From Penicillus capitatus (Eukaryota; Plantae; Chlorophyta): a stretch of DNA of 64,000 bases. This document shows, piece after piece, positions 11,624 to 24,283 of the stretch (the first letter of the stretch is position 1; the number at the start of each line of letters is the position of its first letter). The stretch spans positions 1,345,081 to 1,409,080 of the forward strand of contig OZ287695.1 in the NCBI GenBank assembly GCA_965649825.1, read 5' to 3'. The notes below the pieces were generated by a model. The model made no database searches and was not told the DNA's origin. It saw only the letters and a list, made by a program, of their open reading frames with translations. Both the position numbers and the translations under genes were made by a program.

Positions 11624-14600
11624 TCATGCGCATCCGTCTCGAAGAATGTAAACTTTGTCGGATGACAAGAGGAGCTCATCTGCCGGCGGATTTGTGACGA
11701 CGTAGTGTAGCCTCCAGGCAGGATTCTCCACTTTCCTTCGATAGAGACCCAAAGGAATCACACATTTTCTCAAGGACAGGTCCTGAAAGAGTTCTGAGTA
11801 TGTTCGACCGACAAAGGGCTCCGGAACATCGATCTGCACGAGCATCAGTCCTCGGTCTTCCTTGAAAAGCTCTTCCATCAGCGAAACCAGTAATCCCTAT
11901 CGCCGATCATTGAACTGCACGTTTGAAACAGGGAGACGACAGACCTTGTTCAGAAAGCAGTGGCTGGCAAAAGTACTCATGACTGTCGGAACAAGAACTC
12001 TGCCAGCAGCAAAGAAAGAGTTCGCCTGCCACTCTGTCATGCCTTCTTCCCTCAACGCTCTGAGCTGGTTCTGTCGCAGAAGCCAACTCTCCCTAGGCTT
12101 CTTTCCCCTTTCCCTTCTTCGATTCTCTGTTGTCTGTCTGCCGAGGACTTTCTGCACAGAAGACTCCTATTTGTGTGGGTAAGAGATATCAGAAGGAGTA
12201 AACTTGGCGAATCAGGATTCCAGTATTGAGGAACCGAAGGGAGGATGTGTGACAGAGCTCCACTACAGAGTGCAAGGCGGAAGGAACGGTGTAAGCGGTC
12301 AGTAGTGCTTCTGAATCTGTTAGTACTGCACTCTCCACAGCAATGGAGGCATCTGTCGGTCGTTCTGCACAGGAGACATACAGCATTGCCCTGTGAGATG
12401 CATGTCCATTCATGGCATCGAAACCATCAGATGTGCTTACATGGACTGAGGGATTCCTGCTTTGTCGAGGAATGCCTTGTCAGTTGGCGATCCTTCCACG
12501 AAGAAGACATTCTTGGTTGCCATCAATTCATTGTAGTCGTCGAAATCTCTTGAGCTGTAGACAAGTGTCACAGGGACTTCAGCCACACGACGTAGCTCGG
12601 TCACAAAGGGCAGGAAACTGTCCGCAGCACCACACAGGACAATGTGGCCAGAGACGTCGAGATCCCGTTCGCTCGGCCTCCCATTCTGCAAACAATATCT
12701 CAGTGGACGCAGAAGGTCAGATTCCTTGAGATAGGACCTTTGCCTTGGACTTCCTCTTTGGCAGACCGTTTTTGATGCCTTCTCCATTGCCAAGTAAGGC
12801 GCCACTGAAAAAGAGATGCACATAAGAAGGCGGGCGTCGTTCAAGACACTCTACTTTGCTACAGAGAGCTTTGAGGCATCGATGGGAGATGGACTTCTTT
12901 TTGCCATCCGACGGAATTGCTCCACAGGAACGCAAGGCAAATCATCTGCATCAATGCTCTCGCTCTCAAACTCGCCTACAGGACATGAACGTCGAGGCGA
13001 ATCTCTCGATCTATGGCTATACCATCATAGATGGGTATGCAGTCGTACTCATCGAACAAAGCATTCTCTTCGGTGGCCAATTGCGTCGATTCGTTCAGGG
13101 GATGGCTGACGAATGGGACAGTCATGGCGTTATTCGCTTCCTCCTGTGATTTCGCCAAGAGGACCAGAGTGTCCGATGCCTTGATGAGTTGCCTGGAAGG
13201 ATTCAGCTTAAACGCTGTGCCTCTTCTGATACCTAAAAACAGCTTCCTGAACAAAAGCACCTTTACTTTTCCCACCTAATGCAACGATCTGAAACGATCG
13301 ACTGAGAAACTCCACGACTTCGATGAAGAACTGATCGACGAAGGATGGACCAGGTATTGCTTCGTAGATATGATAGGCGCATCCGTTGACATAGGATCGC
13401 AGCCATTCCCTTCCAGCCAATGTCGACAGCTGCGATTTGAAGTCCGAGACGTGTGAGATCCTCAAGAGGTTTCCCAGAAGCACGGAAGCACCCGGACACA
13501 AACAGCTCAGGACCAGCAATCGATGCCGGATACTCTCAAGACTGATGATCACATCATTGTTCCCATCCAGAAAGGGCATCACTCTTGCGATAGAGGACGA
13601 TCGAAGCACCTGGGTTAAAACTGTCTGCCGTGTCAGAAGGTGCAAAAGTGAGAGACTTGAACATAGAGAGGGTTGGATTTTGTGTAAGCCTTAATCGACC
13701 ACACTTGGAACATGATATTCAGGTCTTCTTGCTCGTCGTTTGCAGAGGCTCTGTCTGCCAAGAGAAAAATCGCCTCTGCTCGGTGCGCGTGGCAAAGTTT
13801 CAAGTCTGTTTCTGTCAACACCGTTCCTTGGATACAGGCCAGTCTGTTCTCGTTGGCATCCTGGCGACATACGTAGGACGGATTCTTTTGCACAGAAATC
13901 GATGGGTGTACTTGAAAAGCTCGAAGTTCTGTCGAGAACGGTTTCTTGCTGAGACAGACCATTCTCAGGTCGTGATACTTGTGACAGAGAGAATCCAGAA
14001 AGAACTCTGTGTAGAAGTCAGAAAACGCACGAACGTCCAGAAGGTTTTTGGAAACGAGCACAAAGGCTCGATTGGATCGTGGTATGTGACCCAGAATTGT
14101 TCGCCGTGCCGTGAATTCTTCATAGACTTGGGTGGCTCTGACAGGAATCAATACAACTCCGAGGGCCATCAAAGAAAGCACCACTACTTTACCAAACACC
14201 GTTGTTGCCACGACATCTCCATAACCGACGGTCGTCAGGGTCACCATGACGAAATACAACGCTGTGTGCCACGGCATCTTTTCGACAAGATGAATGACAG
14301 AGGCCCCAGTGAAAAGCAGAATAGCAATAGAGGCGAAGAGTTGGACGATTCGAACGGTCAAGGCACCGGAAGAGAGTGCAGACGTTGTAAGGTGTTGAAT
14401 GTTGGACAGGTTCACGGCAATCACACACAGACGCAGCACACGCATCGTCCTGGACAGTTGTGGTTTATTGCATGGATGTGAAATGCCAGGAGAGACCTGA
14501 AGATGCGAAACCATTGGAGATTGAGTCCGACAGAAATTCTCAGCGCGTGAAAGACGGGTTCCAGCATTTGAGGGGCGAAGGACATGAGATCAATGAGGTT

Positions 14601-15173
14601 CAGCATCGAGAAGACAGCTTTGATTCGATCATCTGCTGCCTGTCACGCATCGCATGATCTCATACGAGGAAGAAGACATTGGCTATGTATGCGCACCGCG
14701 ATTCTCAAAACGTAATCGATGGCGAAGAAGCAACTGAGTGCAAGATCCAGATTGTAACGCACACTGCCTCTCTGCGGAATGCTGTAGGTGCTCCAGACAT
14801 AGAGCACCACGAACAGCAAACTGCTGAAGAGCTGCAAGGCCTGAATCGTTGTGATGATCGTAGGATTTCGGCCCATGCGTTGAACGTCCAGTACAAATTC
14901 GATCCATGCCTAAGGCATCGGCCTCTCGGCGAATTCTTAGGCGACATTGCTTGCCTCTTTAAGGTCTGATGTCTTCTTGTTTTTCTTGGACTTCGATCGG
15001 CGCGGGACGGACTGGAAAACCGGATCGGAACTCGAGGCGAAGAGTAGGGGGAAGTGAATTCGGCGTAGGAGAGGCGGTAGACGACGTTCGATGCGATGTG
15101 GGACAGTGCAAGGACGATTCCGATCGAAACGGCTCGAGAAAAGAGCGTGATGGCATAATCGCGTGGCGAACAT
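11624..15173 (-). CDS. Calcium-activated BK/Slo-type potassium channel (TM pore + RCK domains), multi-exon
   Basis: Selectivity filter ALYFVMVTLTTVGYGD; S4-like MRVLRLCV; RCK segments (GHIVLCG, FFVEGSPTDKAFLDKAGI, VVTNPP); N-terminal exon joined by in-frame GC-AG intron 14910-14954. Confidence 0.88.
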
Positions 15174-15503
15174 GATCGATCATCGAGACGCGATGACGAC
15201 TCGATCCGTGACAATCGGCGAGAGAACAGAGAAGTCGATCGACGATGACACGGAAACGCAGTTTCGCGAGATCCTGTCACGTTTCGTACTCCATCGCATC
15301 ATGTTTCTTGCAGCTGAATGAGAATCTGTCGCAGAGAGCCTTGGTGAATGAAAACAAATGCGAGACATCAAGCAAACATGCATGAAGGGATGTCAAATCA
15401 TCGGGCTGAGTGACGATGCCTTTAGATCATCGGTGGTTTCGATGCTGTTTCGGATGCAGACAATCATCATGTTCTGCCATCTCGTACAGAAGAGTTCCCC
15501 GAA

Positions 15504-16980
15504 ATGATGCATACACGGCAAAGCGCTCAGAACGATTGCCCTGCGGAAAATATCGTGCATAATACAAGAAAGGACACACCCCTGTCACTGTCGGAGCTGC
15601 ATTGGATCACAAGGCAGCTCTCCGAAAATCACTCAGTACTCAAAACCGACTCCGTTACTGAAGATCGACGCTCTCCAGTCGGTCAAACGCCAGGCAGCGA
15701 TACATCTTGGCAGTTGCACCATGCAGTGGCGAAATACAAGAAAGCGAAGAGGTCATGCTTTAAAACCACTGGAGCGTTTGAGAGTCTATCGCTGAGAGAT
15801 TAGGTTGTTGGGTGGCCAAGTGCATCGTGGGGGTCATCTGGGACAGTTGCTGTCGAAAGAGAAGTCTAAGAACAGAAAACTCGTTGGCATGCTACGACTG
15901 TTTGAGACCAAAGTGACGGAACAGCTGCATTCTCTGAAACAGAAATTCGAAAACGCCAAGGCCGAAAATCAGAGACTCGATACAGTCCATCATCACCTCT
16001 CTCATACCAGACGGTTCTTTACAGTATCTATGTTAGGAGCTCCGCACTTCAGAGCTGGAGAAAATGAGCATTCTCGCTGAAGTCCATCGTCTAAGGGATT
16101 CTGTTCGGAGCAGAGATGGGAAGAAGGTGCAGAGATCAGAAAAGTGAAAAGTTTGCTTCGGCTCGGACACTTCGTGACAAAACGGGACGACTGTTTGCAG
16201 CTTTGATCACATGAAGAGCGCGGATTGGAAGATTGATGTTGTCAAGAATGGTTGCGACGTTCTCCAAGAGCTGGTGGAACTCCTGCAGGAACAGAATCGC
16301 TGTCAGGAGAAGGCAACTGTTCATGAATTGGATGCAGCGACGCAGACAGATCCTCGACATGCGGAAACTGGACACTTTGCTGAGAACGACGTGCTTCAGG
16401 ATGCAGCCACGCAGACGATCGACAATCAGGATGTCAAATCCAGGTTGATGATTGACAGATTGACAGTGCCCGTGAGCGAAATCAAGGAACAGATGTCACA
16501 TCCAGGCATAGATTCCGATGTCAACTCCTCTTTGCAAAGGCACATACGAAAGAATGCTGCGTTGTTTCTGATCCTCTCTGTTCAGAGATCGACGCGATGG
16601 TTGGAAGGAATCAATGAATGAAGTCAGAAGCTTGATGTACATGCAGAACCGTGTCCTTCATCTTGATCGCACTCTGGAGCGCATGGATCGAGAACTGCAG
16701 CAAGAACGGAATGAGGTCATCAAGCTCTGCCGCGAGAATCTCCGTCTGACACGATGCTCAGTATTTACACCTAAAGTCCCTGTGACCCTTCCCGAAACCA
16801 AAAATCAAGTTTGCTATCATCCTCCTCCATCGATGCATTCTATTGCGCATGTTACCATTGTAGGACACACAGACAGACTTATCGGTGGGGACAGTCGTGT
16901 TAGATTCGTGGGAGTTGCCGTCATCAGTGGGCAGCCTTTCTGGCACAGAGGCGACGACAGAGGACCGTTTTTGACGAAAG
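15504..16980 (+). CDS. Hypothetical coiled-coil protein, multi-exon; ends approximate
   Basis: Series of plus-strand ORFs with heptad segments (LHSLKQKFENAKAENQRL; LDRTLERMDRELQQERNEVIKLCRENLRL) separated by short introns. Confidence 0.45.
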
Positions 16981-17035
16981 AACTCAAAAGCGTCGGACTA
17001 TACCCCTCAACAGTGTTGGAGATCATGTTGCGTTT

Positions 17036-17839
17036 TCATGGCGATTTTGCAACCACTAGCGTCAGGTCTGTATCGCACACGATCTCTCCGTTGACATAAG
17101 CTTCTCCGTGAGCCTTGATCACTCCAAACCTCAGATTCTTCTTTGTGATGTCCACTTTCATCATCTACAACCATTCATGTCTCGTATGTCTATACTTGAT
17201 CACATTGATCATGTACGAGCGTATCTCCTGGAACGACAGGCTTACGAAATCTGCAATTCTCAATGCCTCCAAAAAAGAAGTTCTGCTTCGCGCCCTCATC
17301 CATCTCTTTCAACAACAAGATCCCGGCCAACTGGGCCAATGCTTCAACTTGCAGGACACCTTGAGCAACAGACCTCACCGTCACTGGGATCGTAGCAGAG
17401 CACTCCAGTATTTTTTACCTGGCATAATCGCACGATCTGGAAAATGCCCTGTGAAGAAGTTATCATTGATCGTCACATTCTTAAGGCCCACAATCGACTT
17501 CTCCTCCATCTGCGTCACTCGATCGACCATAAGAAACGGATATCTAACAGCATCGTGTCGATGGATGGAAAGCGATCGGAACTCAATATGTCATGTATCA
17601 GTGTACCTGTGAGGAAGGGTGCTCCTGATGTCCTCTATCGTCATGACAGCAGGCGCTGTCGGATCGAGCAACGTCGTTTTTTCTGCGATCGTCGTTTCGA
17701 CTTTTTGTGATGAGACCTTTAGGGCGCGTCGATTGCGGACGACATCCGTTCGAGCTGGACGGATCGATCGAGGATTTCCGAAAGCGGCGATCGTCGATCG
17801 GCGCAGACAGACTTGCGACAGATGCAGACGCTTTATCAT
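17036..17839 (-). CDS. FabZ: Plastid 3-hydroxyacyl-ACP dehydratase
   Basis: Transit-like N-terminus, then IRSTLPHRY|[30 protein letters not shown]|[20 protein letters not shown]. Confidence 0.95.
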
Positions 17840-17877
17840 TTTGCAAGCGCACGAACACACATCGCATGCATATCAGC

Positions 17878-19818
17878 TCATCGTTGCCTAACGGTCATAT
17901 ACAGTCCTTCTGTCGTATGAATCGTCGCTCCCGTCGTCAATCCGATAGTTTGATTCGGCACAAGACGAAAATCGAATGCTCTCACAATCAAGGCCAGAGC
18001 AATCACAGCTTCCATCATGGCAAACTGATCTCCGATACACTTACGAGGACCTCCACTGAATGGAATGAACCTAAAAGCGCCATCGACCACCAACACAAAC
18101 ATCATATTCTTCCTCTGACCTGTACTCCGTGTTCGATTCGTTCGGGAGGGGTTTATCCGTCGGAAACCTTTCCGGAATGAAAGACTCTGGATCATCCCAA
18201 ACATCTGGCGAATGATGAATGTTGTATATTGAGAGAAGCACATTCTGTCGTCGCGGAACCTACGATTCGATATCAGCGGATCGCAAAAGAGTGCATCGAT
18301 TGTCTCGCACTTTGATGCCTCCTGGCAGTTCGTGTTCAAGAAGGGCACGTCGAATGAGAACAGGAGGATGCGGATAGAGCCGCAGACTCTCACAGAGGCA
18401 GCTCGCGATGTACCTTAGCTTCTGGTAATCTGCCACATCCATCTCTTCCCTCTCGCCCATTACACTCTCTACTTCTTCCTGTCACATCGCATCAGCATGA
18501 GATTAGTGTGAGAGTCTCATACTTGGCATTTTTTCATCTTTGCTGGGTTTTGGACAAGGAGATACAGTGTCCATGTCAACGCAGAGGCAGTGGTTTCGTG
18601 TCCGGCCACCAGCATAGAGAGCAGGTCATCTCTGAGTTGCTTTGCTGTCACTTCTTCTCTCGAAGCTAGCAAGAATCTCAGAATGCTTGGATCGCTCTCG
18701 TCCAAGAACTCATCGGTAAACGATGTCGCTTTTCCTTCTCTCTCCACCATTTCCTTGCATTTTTCGATGAGTTCTTCTGTCGTTCTCCGTATTCGACGAA
18801 CAGCTGCTGATGCCCTTCTCTGACGTGGCAGGATCCATGAAGACAATGGAATCTTCCACAGGGGCAGCAGTTCCGTTGCACGCTGCTCTGTCTCTTTGAG
18901 TGATGTATAAACTGCTTGAATGAGATCACTGTCCGTCTTCAGCGCATCAAAATCATAATTGAACAGAGCTTTGCCCACGACATCCAAAGTCAACTGTGAA
19001 AAACACCCTTCCATATCGATCGCTCCTTCCCTCTCTGCCACTGTTCTCAGTTTCTCCATCAAATGTCGCGTCGTTGGGACATGAACGCGGCCAATCATCT
19101 CATTGAGAAAAGTCCTGACGATAGGAGGTGCACAAACGAACAAAAGTGATGTGACGGGTTGGACTTGTGAAAGGCTGGATTGACAGCACGTCTGCGAAGA
19201 CGCCAGGACTCCCCTCCCGCCACAGCAAACCCATCTCCAAAGAGAAATCGACTCACCTCTGCCACCAATCCTTTGCTGTAGCAATTCTTTCTTGGATTGT
19301 CTGATGTTTGCAAGACAAATTTCGCAGCTTCCGGAGAGGAGATCACCAGAAAACTCGAAACAGGTCCTGTCGGCAGCAGGTAAACGGGTCCACTCTCCAA
19401 CATCCACTTGTACAATGCCTTAAATAAAGCACCTCCAAGCAACTCCTGGATATCTGTAGGCGTTGCTGAGACAACGGGGATATCCTAAGAGCAATGGAAC
19501 AGGGGCGCTCATCTGGAGGTACCCTTACCGATTCGCCTCCCCACAAACGTCCGAGCTGTGTCAGCCATCCGGGACTGATGCGTGACTTTCCTGCCCCGGA
19601 TGCATCGATGCTCTTGCCCTCTGTCGTAAAAGCTACCTAGAATAGTGTTTGTCTTGCAAAGATACAAAGGTCGTGCGATCGACGTCGAGATCGGGTGTCT
19701 CTTCGATTGAGGTGCGGGTCCGAATGCAACGCTTACGCCATCTCGGTGCGATGACGCGTTTCGATCGCGAATGCGTTTCGACGAGAGACCATCGTCGTGA
19801 TGGGATCGAGATCTGCAT
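17878..19818 (-). CDS. CYP97C: Carotenoid epsilon-ring hydroxylase, cytochrome P450 CYP97C (LUT1-like)
   Basis: [70 protein letters not shown], heme motif [15 protein letters not shown]; transit peptide MQISIPSRR... Confidence 0.93.
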
Positions 19819-19840
19819 CGCTGTCACACAATATGTCCAA

Positions 19841-20816
19841 TCACTGGTACAAGTAAGCGCGATTGCTACGTTGATTGAAGGCATCTTCGATCTCGATCAA
19901 CGATGACCTCGGAAAGACGTGTCGCAGAACGAACGTCAACTGATCTTGTGCCTCTACAGAAACGGGACTCGACTCGGTCACACCTAAACGATCGCCGATC
20001 GCCGACATAACGATCACATCATACACAAACGTGCCCAGAACAAGGCGGACGAGGGCATCGACAGATGTAGGAATGAGATTGCGAGGCGTGTAATCGATGG
20101 TTTCCCCATAGCCATACTTCTGTTTCTCCTCTTCCCTCAGCATCTCAAATTGGCCAATCTCACATTCCAGATCACGCCTAGATCCATACGACACTGCACT
20201 GCATCGATTGTGGTGGTCATATCAAAAGGCATGTTACGATCCGCGCAGTCGGACAGCTGCTTTGACGATAAACTTTGGAGAGATGGAGCCAAAGGAATGT
20301 CGTGCCATCCACAGGACACAGAGCATGTATCTCAACTGCCCCGGCTAACCACACTTGCTATCTCACTCTTTTTTGAACAAGCTTTCCTAACAGCGCACCT
20401 CACCATACTCTTGTTGAATTTTGCTGCATATCGTGTTCATTTCGTCATCGATCCCATCGTAGATCAATCTCGAGAATTCCTGATAGCTCTGCCAGATCAC
20501 GATGCCGCCCATTCGCGATCCTCATGCAATCAGATCGAACAAGGACGTTACCAGACCGGTCTCCTCTTCGACGCCCTTCGGGGTTGTGAGCTTTGCGATG
20601 AGGCCAACGACGGGGAGATCATTTCGAAGCTTCTGTGCAAAGTCTGTCACCTTCTTGAAAGGCTCGCCCCTTCAAAGCCACACGTCACGTCGATCAGCAG
20701 CTCTCTGTTCTTTACCGTGGCTCTTTGGCATCACACCGAACAGAAAGTGGGACGCGTCTGACGCAGCTCCGCCTCAGAGGTGCTGCAAATCGTGGGATTG
20801 ATACGTGGATATGCAT
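19841..20816 (-). CDS. PSA3: Photosystem I assembly factor PSA3-like (CHoR1 family)
   Basis: FAQKLRNDLPVVGLIAKL, YQEFSR, VLWMARH, DLECEIGQFEML, LRHVFP resemble the PSA3 family; transit-like start MHIHVSIPRFAAPLRRSCVRR. Confidence 0.65.
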
Positions 20817-20911
20817 TTGGATCGACGCTGTCACGTCGTGGCATCGTTGTGTGTATCATCTCGTCTTTTCGCTTTACCGGTCAGCCAACCTTTCCCTTAC
20901 CTGACAGCAAC

Positions 20912-21733
20912 ATGTCGGCCATTTCCACGAAACCGGTACTCGTTCAAGTCAAGGAAAAAATCGACAAGGCTCTGCTCAACGACGAGGTCGCCACTGCCGA
21001 TTTCGTCGACATTTGTCACTCCATTATATCTGTTTTCGACAATCTCGGTTACACTTCTCACTTTTTTTCTGAAATAAAGCAATGGGGAGTTTAGGCACAA
21101 TTTTTTGCTTTGCAAAGAAGGAATTTGCTCTCAAAGTGTGCATTGATGCAGCAAAGGATGCCTCCTTTCACCTTTTGTCCTTTAGAATGCCAGCCTACAA
21201 GAGGCGAAAGGGAGATTTAAGACATTGCGAGAATTGGTGAATCATGACAAAGAGGTAGGTGAGCGATTGTCTGGATGGCACGACTGCATGACAAGAGGCA
21301 TGGTGTGCAGAATAATTGTGTCACCACCAAAAACAGCCGTGCACGAAATCTGCATCGACTGGGAAGCGCATTGACGTTTATCATGACACTCATGCAAGAG
21401 CTGTCGAGATCGACGGCCGTTCAACTCAAAGATGCTGCCCATGTTGCCTATGATGTGGCACTAGCACCCATTCACACCAAACTCGTAAAATCTGTCGTTA
21501 TCGCTGGACTGTTGGCCCTTCCTTCACGTGCCACCTTTCTGGAAAACATCAACGAAACAGGCAAGCTCCACACGCTGCAGCGGATGTGATGACGATATTT
21601 GTGGTCGACAGAGGCGACGGCAAAAACGAGAGCGATCGCTTTGCTGCCTGTCGGAAAGAAGTTGGTGAGGCATATCGAGTCACTCTATGACGAACCCATG
21701 CCGGTGTCGAACACATGGTTCATCTCAACGTGA
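20912..21733 (+). CDS. Glycolipid/ceramide-1-phosphate transfer protein (GLTP/ACD11 family)
   Basis: ADFVDICHSIISVFDNLG; SRARNLHRLGSALTFI; AAHVAYDVALAPIHT; LLALPSRATFL; last intron is GC-AG (21561-21611). Confidence 0.8.
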
Positions 21734-21806
21734 GAGATGGGTCCGATCGCCAAGTTATCTGTACATCGACGCTATTGACTTTTCAAAGAGAACATCCAGC
21801 AACGGG

Positions 21807-24281
21807 TTAAAACCATACGTCGCGTTGATACTTTCTTGATGCAGCAAGCGTATCTAAGTACTTCGCCGCATCTTTCGCATTCACAGATCCGTGTGTTTGG
21901 ATAATTCGCCGTAAACAGTTTTCTACATCGGGCGCCATAAACTGGGCATCTCCGCATACGTAGATGTGACCTTCGTCTTTTAACAGCTTCCACACAGCTT
22001 CCTTGTTTTCCCACAGCAGATCCTGAACGTAGATCTTCTTCTCCTACAGGACATGAGCGTGAGGTATAGGCCATGAGTTTGTGTTACACTTGTTCTCTAG
22101 AAAAGGCCGTATGCAGTTGTATGATGCCACGTTGGTTCCAATCTTCCAGTGTTTCTGCATAGAGATAGTCTTGATCTCTTCGTCTGCATCCAAAGAAGAG
22201 AAGATTCACGCCAACGGCATCGTTCTGTGCCATGGCCAGTTTCTCCATAATAAATGAACGGAAAGGAGCGAGTCCTGTTCCGGGACCGATCATAAGAGTA
22301 GGAGTCGTGAGCGAAGCAGGCAGACGAAAATCCGGGTTGACGGTAATGTAGATAGGCACACTGTCGCCAATTTGGAGACGTTCCGTCAAGTAGGTAGACG
22401 CAACGCCAACGCGTTCTCGATGTCGTGCTTTGTACTTAACTTCAGCTACCGTGATCGAAATGGACGAGCTGGAATGGAGATAGGAAGAGGAGATGGAGTA
22501 AAGACGCGGTAGCAGTGGCCTCAAACTGTCCAGAAACTACACATCCATGCACACCTGCTCTCTATTCAACGAGAAGCAAAGTATGACCTGTTTGAGAGGA
22601 AGAGGCGGCGTCGGAAATTCTTGAAGTATATCGATGACATGTCGACTCTGAAGATAGAGCTCTCTCTTCTCCATGTCCTGCACGATGGATTCCAGAAACG
22701 GCGGCGCCTATGCATTCCGTTTAGATCACAGCGCATAGAAGACAGGCACAGAGAGCAACTAACCTGTTGTTCTGTAGCGTGCTGTAAATCGCAGATCGAC
22801 TGGCCGCTGTCATGGAGGCCGCCGTTTCCTTTCAGTTTCGGTCCAACGGTGTGATTACTATGCATCATCTCTCCCTTTCCACTCCGTAAATGCTGCTGTA
22901 TAAGAGTGAACAGTTTGGTCTTGGGAGTTCTGTAAGATCGACCATGAGTAAGTGCAATGCATGTGCGATAGAACCTTAGATCGTAGAGTCGCAACAAGGC
23001 ATTCCGCAATGAAACAACCTCTTCCCCATTTTCTCCCGCAAGTTTCGGTGCCCAGGATGGCACTGGAATTTGAACATCTCTATCGATCTTCAGCGCTTCC
23101 ATGATCTCATCGACATCCTAGTCCACAAACGGCGATCTCTGTCGCGATCCCTTCGTGGAAAATGCAAACGCTGGGTCGATTGTTGGGATAGATGCCAACA
23201 GCATCTCCTGGAAGATATGAGAGTCCAGAGTCTGTGATGTCTAACTCCAGATGCATCGTGATCTTATCGTTGTCATCCGACACACGACACAGATTCCATC
23301 GCTTTGTAACTCTTGCCAGAAACGGACGATGCTTTGTCCACAGTCTATCATCCTCATCAGATACGGCAACAGAATCTAGGAAATCACTTGTTGCCCTTCA
23401 GACATGCTTTCCATTCGACATAACCGACCTGCAAGACTGGATGTTCCGGGAGAGAGATCCAGCGACGGCAGTGCCGACAGGACAGCCGAGATCCACTGAT
23501 CGATCACTGTCCAATTCTCTCTGTCAACTGTCACAAAGCATGTCGCTTCCTGGGCTCCTTGCCGTTGCAATGCAGCTCGGATCTGTTCTCCACATCGACA
23601 GAAATGTGTATAAGACCTGAAACGACACAATCGCAGCATCATCAGTTTAACGAAACGTCCAGCAAGAACCGTGCACTTGTCTCCAAGGGCGCAGACAGAG
23701 AAGTGGAGAGCAGAAAGATCACCAACGGATTCTCCATCAAAGAGCCATTCACAGAACGATCTCGCTTCGTAGGGAGGTACGCCATCTCCTTGGGTCGAAC
23801 AGACGAAGATCGCGATTTCTTCCTTGGACAAGTCCACGCCCTTGGGACAATCCGCCATGTTCAACACAATCGGCCTGGATCGTACAAGAGTCCACACATC
23901 CACACTACAACCCGTAGCGTACCAGTAGACACCGCTCTCTTTGATCCGATCCGCCAGAACCTCAGCCACTTCTTTCGACAACCCAAACTCGGTACCATAG
24001 ATGATCGGGATGCAGATCGCATTCACCGGCACAGGTTCCATTCCCTTCTTCTGCCGTTTTTCATCACTGGGAGAAGAGAAGGCATCGCCGAGGAAACTGT
24101 TAAAATTTGAAGGCTGTCGTTTGGGCGGCGATGCATCTTCGATAAGAAATGTCTCGAATCGCGCTCGGGTCGACGACGATGGAGGTCGACGTGTCGTGCG
24201 GAGATACCATAAGAGAGTGAGACAAATGACGCCTGTGCCGATGAAGGCTACGTGCATCGTTGAGCTGTTACTGTCCCACAT
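21807..24281 (-). CDS. Diflavin NADPH oxidoreductase (flavodoxin + FAD/NADPH domains; CysJ/CPR-like) with N-terminal membrane anchor
   Basis: IIYGTEFGLSKEVA, VCSTQGDGVPP, FSVCALGD.SYTHFCRCG, PRLYSISSS, MIGPGTGLAPFRSF, LFFGCR, IYVCGDA..MAPDV, C-terminal YQRDVWF; hydrophobic AFIGTGVICLTLLWYL. Confidence 0.85.
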
Positions 24282-24283
24282 GA

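Noticed and set aside
17878-24281. CYP97C plus diflavin reductase as a P450-reductase biosynthetic cluster
   Set aside because: CYP97 enzymes are plastidial and ferredoxin-dependent; adjacency is explained by gene density
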